NCBI GenBank assembly: GCA_001774495.1
Contig: MFAE01000006.1
Span: 5,356-69,355, forward strand
Direction: 5' to 3'
DNA from: Candidatus Campbellbacteria bacterium RIFOXYC2_FULL_35_25
GTDB taxonomy: Bacteria; Patescibacteriota; Minisyncoccia; Phycocordibacterales; UBA12079
DNA length: 64,000 bases
Part shown: positions 1 through 8,508 of the stretch, piece after piece
How positions within the stretch are numbered: the first letter of the stretch is position 1
Layout of the letters: each line of letters begins with the position of its first letter
Notes under the pieces: generated by a model
What the model saw: only the letters and a program-made list of their open reading frames with translations
Told to the model about the DNA's origin: nothing
The model's database searches: none
Program-made: the position numbers and the translations under genes

Positions 1-421
1 CCAAAATATCAACTGGAATAATAACATGTAAAAAAACTACCCACCAAAACTCTATATCTTCTGGAACAAATTTTTTATACTTATCTATCTTTTTTTGAGA
101 AACAAATTTAACAAGAACCGGCTTCCCAAAACGACGGGCAATCCAAAAAGCAACGATGGAACCTAAAACCCAACCAACAATAAGATAAACAGTTGTTAGA
201 AATGGCCCAAAGAAAACAGCTACGAAAGGAACTATGGGTAAAACGGTCAGAGGGGCAAAAACAGTAGCTAGGAAAATTAAAAGAATAAAAGCTGAGATAC
301 TAAGCAAAGAATTATCTACGATATAATTCCCTAAGAATTCAATAGGGGCTTGCCAAAACAAAGAAATGGCTATTAGAATAAGAAAAATAAAAAAAATTAT
401 GTAATTATAATAATTTTTCAT
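1..421 (-). CDS. TVP38/TMEM64 (DedA-like) family membrane protein, N-terminal part; gene continues beyond the window start
   Basis: Own minus-strand translation from ATG at 421-419: MKNYYNYIIFFIFLILIAISLF...VYLIVGWVLGSIVAFWIARRFGKPVLVKFV. Hydrophobic helices plus a G..LGs...f..aR..Gr pattern typical of the family. Not in the ORF track because the 3' part lies outside the window. Confidence 0.5.
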   Translation of the reverse strand, partial: MKNYYNYIIFFIFLILIAISLFWQAPIEFLGNYIVDNSLLSISAFILLIFLATVFAPLTVLPIVPFVAVFFGPFLTTVYLIVGWVLGSIVAFWIARRFGKPVLVKFVSQKKIDKYKKFVPEDIEFWWVVFLHVIIPVDIL

Positions 422-428
422 TTTTTAA

Positions 429-1436
429 TTAAGAGACTGGATTTATTATGGTTCCTTTTTTAAAAGCCTCTATATTCTTTATGGTAGTCTTGAAGATTCT
501 TTCAATCGCTTCTTGGGTATTAAAGGCATTGTGAGGTGTAATGATTACTTGGGGGTGGTCAATAAGATACTGATTGGCTAGAACTATTTTCAATTCTTCT
601 GGGTTAGCATGTTCTTCAAACAGCAATGCCGTTTCATCACCCATAGACCCCTCTTCCTCTAGGACGTCTAGTCCAGCTCCAGCAATAGATTCTTTTTTAA
701 GAGCTTCAACCAAGGCCATTGTTTCAATAACTTCACCCCTTGAAGTGTTTATTATGTAAGCACCTTTTTTAATTTTTGAAATATTTTCTAAATTAATCAA
801 GTGATGAGTATGGGGGTTATAAGGAACATGTAAAGAAATGACGTCTGACTTTTCTAACAATTCATCAAAGTCAGCATATTCGAAACCAGCTTTCTTGGCA
901 AAATCTTCATCTCGATGGATATCAAAAACAAGAACATTCATATCAAAACCTTTTGCCATTCTAATCATATGACGACCAATATTTCCTCCTCCAACAACAC
1001 CCATAGTTTTACCCATAAGATCAAAACCTCTCAACCCATCCTGAGAAAATTTACCTTCTTTCAAAACTCTATCATAAGCGGGATAAATCTTCCTAGAGAT
1101 AGCCAACAACAAAGCCATAGCAAATTCTGCTACCGTATTTTCGCCGTAAGTCGGAACGTTCGAAACTTTTATACCCCTTTTTTGTGCTTCTTCTAAATTG
1201 ATATGGTCAAAGCCAGTTGATCGAGCAGCAATAAATTTTAAGTTAGGAAATCTTTCCATTTCTTCTGCTCCTACATGAGAATTAACGAAGATAGATAAAA
1301 TTTCTGCTTCTGCATCCCGATAATCAGAATTTTCTTGGATAGAACCTTTCAAAAAAGTTATATTATTTTCTCCCTCTAAACTTTTTGAAAAAAACTCTCT
1401 TTCCCACTCGTCTTGATAAAAATATAAGATTTTCAT
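429..1436 (-). CDS. D-isomer-specific 2-hydroxyacid dehydrogenase (glycerate dehydrogenase / hydroxypyruvate reductase or D-lactate dehydrogenase type)
   Basis: 335 aa. NAD-binding GVVGGGNIGRHM motif (GxGxxG) and a catalytic-domain layout typical of the D-2-hydroxyacid dehydrogenase family. 7-nt gap to the downstream gene. Confidence 0.8.
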   Translation of the reverse strand: MKILYFYQDEWEREFFSKSLEGENNITFLKGSIQENSDYRDAEAEILSIFVNSHVGAEEMERFPNLKFIAARSTGFDHINLEEAQKRGIKVSNVPTYGENTVAEFAMALLLAISRKIYPAYDRVLKEGKFSQDGLRGFDLMGKTMGVVGGGNIGRHMIRMAKGFDMNVLVFDIHRDEDFAKKAGFEYADFDELLEKSDVISLHVPYNPHTHHLINLENISKIKKGAYIINTSRGEVIETMALVEALKKESIAGAGLDVLEEEGSMGDETALLFEEHANPEELKIVLANQYLIDHPQVIITPHNAFNTQEAIERIFKTTIKNIEAFKKGTIINPVS

Positions 1437-1564
1437 AATTCAAACTTAAATAATTTTATTTTAATAATTTATTCTCCATATTATAGCATTAAAAAAACAA
1501 AAACCGCCCTCTCATTCACTAAGTTGGGGGCAGTTTTTGTACATATTTAAAGGAAAAGTTGTAG

Positions 1565-2803
1565 TTATTTTTCCATTTCCTTCTCTATTTCAAGGAGTCT
1601 CTCATACTTCACCCTTCTGACTTCCTGTGAAGGTGAGCCTGCTTTTAGCCCGTAAGCCCCTACTCCTACAGCAAGATCTGCAATAAAAGTATCCATTGTC
1701 TCGCCAGAACGATGGGAACAAATTATTTTCCAACCAGCTCCTCGAGCCAATTTAACAGCTTTATACACTTCGCTCAATGTTCCAATTTGATTTGGTTTAA
1801 TTATGACGGCATTGGCTCTTTTGTTCCTAGTAGAATCAAGGATTGACTCAGTATTAGTGGTGGTTAAATCATCCCCCACAATTAAAACATCTTCCATGAT
1901 TCCTTTCCTTAAGGCTTTTGCATCCCAATTTTTTACTTCCCTTGTTATATTCTCGAAAGAGGGTAAATCTGATTCATCAAACGGATCCTCAATACTCCCG
2001 ATGGGAAAGTTTTCAACTAAATTTTTATAGATATTTAAGAACTGTCCTGATGAATATTCCTCCCCTAAAACACTGTAGACTCCGTCTTTGTATAATTCGG
2101 AAGCGGCAACATCATTTGCAATAACCATATCACTATCCATTAAATTAGATAACAATTCGAACGGTTCTTCGATGGTTTTCATTTCTGGAGAAAATCCCCC
2201 CTCGTCCCCCATTTCTACTTTGCCATATTTCTCTTTTATCGCTTCTCCTAATTTTTTAAGGAAGACTAGTGATTTTCCGTACGACTCTTTAACAGTTTCT
2301 CCCCCAGAGATAACAATATATTCTTGAAAAGGTAATCTAAACTTAGCGTGTACCCCTCCGTTTAAGACATTCATAAACAAGTTAGGTTGTGAAGGCTCCA
2401 CCCTAACCCCTGAAATTTCATTTATATATTGCCAAAGAGGTTTGTTCTCTAGTTTTGCTTTTAATTTTGTTGTGGCGATGCTTACCCCCAAAATTGCATT
2501 AGCTCCGAGATTAGATTTATTTTCTGTTCCGTCTAATTCCAAAAGTAATTCATCAATATTTAATGGCTCGACATCCAAACCCATAATTGCTGGACCGATT
2601 ATTTCATTTACATTTTTAATTGCGGTTTGGACACCTTTTCCATCCTCATCCCTCTTCTCTAGGGCCTCCCGAGAACCAGCACTGGCTCCAGAAGGAACAG
2701 AGGCACTCATAAACACATCCTCGGAACCAATTTCAACTTCAATAGTTGGGTTGCCTCGTGAGTCTTTTATTTCTTTTGCTTTACAAGATGTTATTTTGTT
2801 CAT
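1565..2803 (-). CDS. eno: enolase (phosphopyruvate hydratase)
   Basis: 412 aa. Enolase signature SHRSGETMDTFIADLAVG, overall length, and conserved Mg-binding region. Confidence 0.93.
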   Translation of the reverse strand: MNKITSCKAKEIKDSRGNPTIEVEIGSEDVFMSASVPSGASAGSREALEKRDEDGKGVQTAIKNVNEIIGPAIMGLDVEPLNIDELLLELDGTENKSNLGANAILGVSIATTKLKAKLENKPLWQYINEISGVRVEPSQPNLFMNVLNGGVHAKFRLPFQEYIVISGGETVKESYGKSLVFLKKLGEAIKEKYGKVEMGDEGGFSPEMKTIEEPFELLSNLMDSDMVIANDVAASELYKDGVYSVLGEEYSSGQFLNIYKNLVENFPIGSIEDPFDESDLPSFENITREVKNWDAKALRKGIMEDVLIVGDDLTTTNTESILDSTRNKRANAVIIKPNQIGTLSEVYKAVKLARGAGWKIICSHRSGETMDTFIADLAVGVGAYGLKAGSPSQEVRRVKYERLLEIEKEMEK

Positions 2804-2849
2804 AATTTCTTCAAATTATTCTATTGTTTCTGTATAAAATAATTTAAAA

Positions 2850-5231
2850 TTATTTCCTCTTTCTCTTTGCTTCTTCATTATTAACAGTCATCGTAGTCTT
2901 AATAACTGTGTCAGGAATAAGTGAGATTGAATCAATACCACAATCTACCAAGAACTTTACGAATTCAGGGTAATCGCTTGGAGCCTGCCCACAAATTCCA
3001 ACTTTTGTTTTTGTTTTTTTAGCTTTTTTCACCAATTCTTCCACTAAGATTTTTACAGCTTCATTATTTTCATTAGATAACCCGACTACTTCTAATGTTC
3101 CTGTTGAGTCTCTGTCTATTCCTAGTGTTAATTGAGTTAAATCATTTGAACCGATTGAGAAACCGTCGAAAATCTTAGCAAATTGTTCTGCCAAAATAAT
3201 GTTCGCCGGTATTTCGGCCATAACGTAAACTTCCAAACCATCTTTTCCTCTCACCAAACCATTTTTAGCCATAATTTCTAGAACCTTCTTTCCTTCATCA
3301 ACAGTTCGACAGAAAGGTACCATTACTTTTGTATTAGTTAATCCCATTTCTTTTCTAACCTTCACCAAAGCCTTACATTCCAATTCAAAAGCTGGCAAAA
3401 ACTCTGGAGAATAATAACGAGAAGCCCCTCTGTAACCAATCATCGGGTTTGATTCAACTGGCTCGTATCCGCGACCTCCGATCAAGTTTGCGTATTCATT
3501 GCTCTTAAAATCAGACAATCTCACAATAACCGGCTTAGGGTAGAAAGCAGCAGATATTCTGGCCACACCCTCCGCTAATTTATCAACAAAGAATTCAGCT
3601 TTATTTTTATAACCAATAGTTAATGCCTCTATCTTCTTTTTTGTTTTAGCATCTTGTTTGTTAAAATTGATTAAAGCTAGCGGGTGAGCTTTGATTGTAT
3701 TGTTTATAATAAACTCCAACCGAGCTAAACCAACACCATCATTTGGAATAAATGAATTTGAAAAAGCCATCTCAGGGTCTCCTACATTCATCATTATCTT
3801 AGTCTTTGGTTTTTTTAATGTTCCAATATTTGTTCTGGTTGTTTCATAAGCCAAAAGACCTTCATAAACTTTTCCTGTCTCTCCTTCTGCGCAGTTAACA
3901 GTTACCTTTTGCCCTGATTTTATCTTTTTTGAACCAGTTTCTGTACCAACGATACAAGGAATTCCTAATTCTCTTGAAACAATTGCGGCATGACAAGTTC
4001 TTCCTCCTTTATCTGTAACAATAGCTGAAGCGATTTTCATGATTGGTTCCCAGTCAGGATCAGTCATAGAAGTAACAAGAACTTCTCCTTTCTTAAATTT
4101 CAAAATATCCTTCACGTCCATAATTTTGTTAACCACGCCTGAGCCAATCTTTTGCCCCACACTTTGTCCAGTAATAATTATCTCTCCAGTTTCTTTTAGT
4201 TTAAAATCTTCTATGAAGTTTTTGTCTCTTTGAGATTGTACTGTCTCTGGTCGAGCTTGAACAATGTAAAGCTTCTTATCTTGCCCGTCTAAAGCCCATT
4301 CCATATCCATAGGCCTATTATAGTGTTTTTCAATGATAACAGCCCATTCTGCTAACTTTTTTGCCTGTTCATCGGTAATAGATTGCTTAACTTGGTCGGC
4401 CAAACTAACTTTTATATTTTTAACTGGCTTGCTAGGGTTAGCCGTATAAATCATTTTAATGTCTTTCTTGTTTATAGTACGAGAAATTATAGATTTGGTT
4501 GGTTTAAAATAATAAAACTCATCAGGAGTAACGCTTCCCTGAACCATGTTTTCACCTAATCCATAGATTGAGTTTATTAAAACTGTATTTTCAAAACCTG
4601 ACTCGGTGTCAATTGAAAACATAACACCAGAAGAAGCCAGATCGGCGCGTACCATTTTTTGAACACCAACAGAAAGAGCAATATCAAAGTGATTAAAACC
4701 TTTATCTGTTCTATAAGAAATAGCTCTGTTCGTAAATAATGATGCTACACATTTTTTAACAGCAATCAATAATTCTTTTTCACCTTTAATGTTTAAATAG
4801 GTTTCCTGTTGTCCTGCAAAAGAAGCATCTGGTAAATCTTCGGCTGTTGCGGAAGAACGAACTGCCACATCCACATTTTTTACTTTGTACTGAGAAGACA
4901 ATTTCTCGTAAGCCCCTATTATTTCTTTTTTTAAATGCTCAGGGAATTCAGCTTCTACAATAACCTTTCTTACTTTAGCCCCTCGAGTCATCAAATCCTG
5001 AATATTGTGAGTATTTAAACCTTCGAGAATTTTTTTTATTTCATCCATGGCTCCACTTTCTTTCATAAAATCTCTATATGCGTAAGCGCTAGTGGCAAAA
5101 CCATTAGGAACATTAACACCGCTCTTTGTAAGCTTTTGATACATTTCTCCCAAGGACGCGTTCTTTCCTCCAACAAGCGGAACATCTTTGATTGTTAATT
5201 GTTCAAACCAATATATATTTTTTTGATTCAT
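2850..5231 (-). CDS. ppsA: phosphoenolpyruvate synthase (pyruvate, water dikinase)
   Basis: 793 aa. PEP-utilising phospho-histidine motif GGRTCHAAIVSRELGIPCIVG, N-terminal ATP-grasp-like domain, C-terminal PEP-binding TIM barrel. Confidence 0.9.
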   Translation of the reverse strand: MNQKNIYWFEQLTIKDVPLVGGKNASLGEMYQKLTKSGVNVPNGFATSAYAYRDFMKESGAMDEIKKILEGLNTHNIQDLMTRGAKVRKVIVEAEFPEHLKKEIIGAYEKLSSQYKVKNVDVAVRSSATAEDLPDASFAGQQETYLNIKGEKELLIAVKKCVASLFTNRAISYRTDKGFNHFDIALSVGVQKMVRADLASSGVMFSIDTESGFENTVLINSIYGLGENMVQGSVTPDEFYYFKPTKSIISRTINKKDIKMIYTANPSKPVKNIKVSLADQVKQSITDEQAKKLAEWAVIIEKHYNRPMDMEWALDGQDKKLYIVQARPETVQSQRDKNFIEDFKLKETGEIIITGQSVGQKIGSGVVNKIMDVKDILKFKKGEVLVTSMTDPDWEPIMKIASAIVTDKGGRTCHAAIVSRELGIPCIVGTETGSKKIKSGQKVTVNCAEGETGKVYEGLLAYETTRTNIGTLKKPKTKIMMNVGDPEMAFSNSFIPNDGVGLARLEFIINNTIKAHPLALINFNKQDAKTKKKIEALTIGYKNKAEFFVDKLAEGVARISAAFYPKPVIVRLSDFKSNEYANLIGGRGYEPVESNPMIGYRGASRYYSPEFLPAFELECKALVKVRKEMGLTNTKVMVPFCRTVDEGKKVLEIMAKNGLVRGKDGLEVYVMAEIPANIILAEQFAKIFDGFSIGSNDLTQLTLGIDRDSTGTLEVVGLSNENNEAVKILVEELVKKAKKTKTKVGICGQAPSDYPEFVKFLVDCGIDSISLIPDTVIKTTMTVNNEEAKRKRK

Positions 5232-5317
5232 ATACTCTTTAAAAATTATTCTTATAAGTCTATCTATTATACACTAAAATTAATTTTAGATTTACACCAA
5301 AAAGGGGAAAATCTGTC

Positions 5318-6655
5318 TTATTCTTCTTCCAAAATTGCTTCTTCAACCCCTTTAATTACTAAATAAAAATCTGCCACGTTTGACCCGGTTCTTTCTGTTT
5401 TTATATGTCCGCCAGACTGTTTAAAAAAATTATAGGCGTCATTGTTATCTAAAAAAAGCAAAGTGTCTAAGCCAATGTCTAGTGACTTATCGTATAAGCC
5501 CATATCCGCAATAGCCCCTGCCACATCACTATTATCCCAACCATCAGAAGCACAAGCAGCAACGACTGTATTATAAGGAATATGAGGCAGTGCTCCCAAA
5601 ACAAACTCTTGGTTCCTCCCCCCTTCTCCCTTTCCCAAAACTTTAACGGTTGTTTCTCCCCCCCAAAGATGACAACTTTTAGGAGAATACCCTACGGAAA
5701 CAAATTTTTGACCTAAGATTCTCGCTTCTCCCTCAAGTTTCGTGTCCTCAATGTATGTGTCATACCCCAATTCTTCAGCTCGCTTCTTCATTTCTTCAAG
5801 AGCTACTTGATTTGACCCTAAAAGAATATTAGTAATATTCTCAAAATATTTACCTTTTTTGGGAGTTTCAATCAAGTCTATTTTTAAATTATCCATTCCA
5901 TATTTTTTCAAAATATTAAGAGCATCCTTTTCTGTTGTTTTATCCATAACAGTTGGACCAGAAGCAATAACACTTAAATCATCCCCAGGAACATCAGACA
6001 AAAGAAAAGAAACAACAGTTGCTGGATAAACTAATTTTGCAAACTGACCTCCTTTTATCATAGAGGTGTGCTTTCTTACTGTATTTAATTCTGTAATGGT
6101 TGCCCCTTTGTTCATCAGCTGGTCTGAGATTTCTTTTTGCTCTTCCCAAGTCATTTTATAAGGCAAGCACATTAAAGAAGATCCTCCTCCCGAGATTAGT
6201 GTTATAACCAAATCATTTTTATCTGCTTGTTTTAATATATCAACAATTGATTTTGTCACAGCAACATTTATTCCTGACGGAAATGGGTGGGTTCCTTCTT
6301 CTGAAATCATATTTTTAAAATCACCTTTTTTCACATCAAGAACAACGCCACTGGTTATTTTATCCCCTAACAAATCTTCAAAAACAATAGCAGAATCCAC
6401 GGCACATTTTCCAATAGCGATAAAATAAATATTCTTATAATTATCAAGACAAATTTTGTGCTCAGCAAAACAAATACTATTATCTTTAATAGAGATCTTT
6501 GAACGGATAAGTCTATCGGTTAAAATTGACTCATAGCCAACTTCTAAAATACTAAGTGCGTCTTCTCTTAATTGTGAAGTTGCTAAATCATCAACGTTTT
6601 TTATTACCGGGATTTTATTTTCCATATACACTAAGTATAAATTATAAAGTAACAA
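5318..6655 (-). CDS. glycerate 2-kinase, MOFRL family
   Basis: 445 aa. MOFRL-family layout (DUF4147 N-domain, GGGSSLM glycine-rich segment) like Thermotoga-type glycerate 2-kinase. True start is probably the internal MENKIP. Confidence 0.7.
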   Translation of the reverse strand: MLLYNLYLVYMENKIPVIKNVDDLATSQLREDALSILEVGYESILTDRLIRSKISIKDNSICFAEHKICLDNYKNIYFIAIGKCAVDSAIVFEDLLGDKITSGVVLDVKKGDFKNMISEEGTHPFPSGINVAVTKSIVDILKQADKNDLVITLISGGGSSLMCLPYKMTWEEQKEISDQLMNKGATITELNTVRKHTSMIKGGQFAKLVYPATVVSFLLSDVPGDDLSVIASGPTVMDKTTEKDALNILKKYGMDNLKIDLIETPKKGKYFENITNILLGSNQVALEEMKKRAEELGYDTYIEDTKLEGEARILGQKFVSVGYSPKSCHLWGGETTVKVLGKGEGGRNQEFVLGALPHIPYNTVVAACASDGWDNSDVAGAIADMGLYDKSLDIGLDTLLFLDNNDAYNFFKQSGGHIKTERTGSNVADFYLVIKGVEEAILEEE

Positions 6656-6694
6656 GTAGAAAGTAGGTAGCGGATAATTTAAATTATAAAAAAT

Positions 6695-7660
6695 CTATAC
6701 ACTAAAGAAAAATAGATACGCTAAAAAAACCAAATAAAAAGTTGTCATGATGACCGCGTTTTTCTTTGACAAAGTATAATCACTAACAATAAAAATATTG
6801 ACTAATATAGTAGCCAAAAATAAACTAAGCATTATTTCTACTCCTCCAATAGCAACCGTTATCGTTTCACCAAAAAAAACAGTAGCTAGAAATAATGGTA
6901 AACCAAGACCAACAAAAATATTAAATATATTTGAACCAAAAATATGAGACATCGCATCATCATTATCTCCACTCTTTGCATTCAAAGCTACCATAACAGT
7001 ATCAGGGATTGATGTAGCAACGGCAATAACAGAAAAGCCAACTAAAATTGCAGGTATTCCTAATAAAGTAGAAACTATGATTGCATGTTCAGTTAAAAAA
7101 TAGGCAGCGATACCAATTAAAACCATACTTAGGATAGCTATCGTGATTTCTTTAGCAACAGAGAATACATCCATTACCATCCTAGGGTGATGCGTTTGAT
7201 ATTCTTTTGTTTGTTCAACTATTATATTTGTATACCAAATATAAGCAGCAATAAAAATAACGGCGATAGCGATACCCCAATCAGTTGAATATAAAACGGC
7301 CCCCAACAATGCTAATATCGCAATATTATAAAAAATAGCATCTCTCGCCACAACTTCACGACTAACCCGAAAAACAATAGGTGAGAAAAAAACAGCAACA
7401 CTTGGGATAATTAAAATATTAAACAAAACAGAACCCGCAATAATCCCCACACCAAAATCAAACAAATGAAAATAAGTTACAGAAAAAATAGCAATCATTA
7501 ATTCTGGGAAAGAGCCAGCAATAGCATCTAGTGTAGCCCCTTTAACTGCAGGAGAAAGATTAAAATAATAGCCTATCTCTGAAGAAGCTTTAGTAAAACG
7601 ACTTCCAGAAAGATAGATAACGATGCCACTTATTATTATGATTAAAATACTCGTAAACAT
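6695..7660 (-). CDS. CaCA-family Na+/Ca2+ exchanger-like membrane protein
   Basis: About 10 TM helices with two alpha-repeat motifs (GSNIFNIFVGLGLP and GS.LFNILII). The ORF track starts at GTG 7684; ATG at 7660 (MFTSILIII...) sits 8 nt after a TATACT box and is the more likely start. Confidence 0.7.
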   Translation of the reverse strand: MFTSILIIIISGIVIYLSGSRFTKASSEIGYYFNLSPAVKGATLDAIAGSFPELMIAIFSVTYFHLFDFGVGIIAGSVLFNILIIPSVAVFFSPIVFRVSREVVARDAIFYNIAILALLGAVLYSTDWGIAIAVIFIAAYIWYTNIIVEQTKEYQTHHPRMVMDVFSVAKEITIAILSMVLIGIAAYFLTEHAIIVSTLLGIPAILVGFSVIAVATSIPDTVMVALNAKSGDNDDAMSHIFGSNIFNIFVGLGLPLFLATVFFGETITVAIGGVEIMLSLFLATILVNIFIVSDYTLSKKNAVIMTTFYLVFLAYLFFFSV

Positions 7661-7675
7661 AAGGATAAGTATAAA

Positions 7676-7706
7676 CCCCCACACCTTTTTTTAAAAGGTG
7701 TGGGGG
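7676..7706. mobile_element. MITE-like element copy 1 (minimal): 13-14-bp terminal inverted repeats CCCCCACACCTTT/AAAGGTGTGGGGG, 3-5-nt centre, flanked by 4-bp direct repeat TAAA
   Basis: Read directly: taaa-CCCCCACACCTTTT-ttt-AAAAGGTGTGGGGG-taaa. The same inverted repeats and 4-bp duplications occur at 55585-55709 and 62294-62383. Confidence 0.6.
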
Positions 7707-7730
7707 TAAAGTAGCTAGTATCGAGAAACA

Positions 7731-7761
7731 AAAAACTGCCCCGCATGACAATGCGGGGCAG
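7731..7761 (-). terminator. intrinsic terminator hairpin (ctgccccgcat-gaca-atgcggggcag) followed by a T-run on the minus strand
   Basis: Perfect 11-bp GC-rich stem directly 3' of minus-strand gene 7780..8349, with an A/T-run on both sides. Confidence 0.7.
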
Positions 7762-7779
7762 TACATACAAGGGTGCTTG

Positions 7780-8349
7780 CTAAACCTCAGTAGCAATGAT
7801 ATTAGCCGCTTCTTCATCTGGTTTACCAAAAATCTCATCCATGGATTCGATTTCGGTATCTAATTGTTGCAGGATTCTTTCCATACAAGAACAAATTCCT
7901 GGCAAATCATCAATACCTTTCTTCTGGGCTCTGGAAAGACCCCCAATCAAGTTTTTTAAGAAACCCTCTATCTCCACTAAAAGACGAAACCTGAGGGAAC
8001 CATTCCCTGCGACCACGCCAGGTTTTTCATCCCGTAGTAAAGAGATAACCTTGATCACTTTGCCGAGAACCGCTGTTTCTTCGACATGATTAATGGGAAG
8101 ATAAGCACCTACTGTGGCCTTCCCCACCTCTCGGTTAAGAGGGCCTCCTCCCTCTGCATCAAGAATCTTAATAATTTTATTCCACAAACGAGCAACGGAG
8201 ATGTTGAGATTAATCAGGGTGTTCTTGAGATTCGCTTTCCTCGCTCGCAAGACATACTTCCTGAAAATACAGCAGACCGCGAAAAGAACAAGCGGCAAAA
8301 CAACAACGAAAAACCAAAAAACCCCTGGTAACGCCTTGACTGTAACCAT
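7780..8349 (-). CDS. hypothetical protein with N-terminal TM anchor (GC-enriched gene)
   Basis: 189 aa. AAAGGAGG ribosome-binding site 9 nt before the ATG, own terminator, N-terminal hydrophobic helix. No family recognised. Confidence 0.55.
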   Translation of the reverse strand: MVTVKALPGVFWFFVVVLPLVLFAVCCIFRKYVLRARKANLKNTLINLNISVARLWNKIIKILDAEGGGPLNREVGKATVGAYLPINHVEETAVLGKVIKVISLLRDEKPGVVAGNGSLRFRLLVEIEGFLKNLIGGLSRAQKKGIDDLPGICSCMERILQQLDTEIESMDEIFGKPDEEAANIIATEV

Positions 8350-8439
8350 TCTTGAGAACCTCCTTTAGGTAAAAGTAGTGGTTAGAAGACCAAAATTCTA
8401 TGTCGAGGGTATCAAAAAAGACCCAAAAACACAAGCAAA

Positions 8440-8474
8440 CCAAAAAGTTGGGTGTCCGACACCCAACTTTTTGG
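8440..8474 (-). terminator. intrinsic (bidirectional) terminator: ccaaaaagttgggtgtc-g-gacacccaactttttgg
   Basis: Perfect 17-bp palindrome flanked by A- and T-runs, 3' of the helicase gene on the minus strand. Confidence 0.7.
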
Positions 8475-8508
8475 TTTTTTAAATTTTCTACCAAATATCC
8501 ACTGCTCA

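Noticed and set aside
1437-1564. Possible structured element between enolase and the dehydrogenase gene
   Set aside because: Only an imperfect 6-bp stem plus T-run, consistent with an ordinary weak terminator or promoter gap.
574-2837. Plus-strand ORFs 574..759, 915..1196, 1803..2030, 1918..2124, 2088..2327, 2442..2837 inside or antisense to the dehydrogenase and enolase genes
   Set aside because: They are low-complexity antisense translations of well-supported minus-strand genes, with no ribosome-binding site or terminator.
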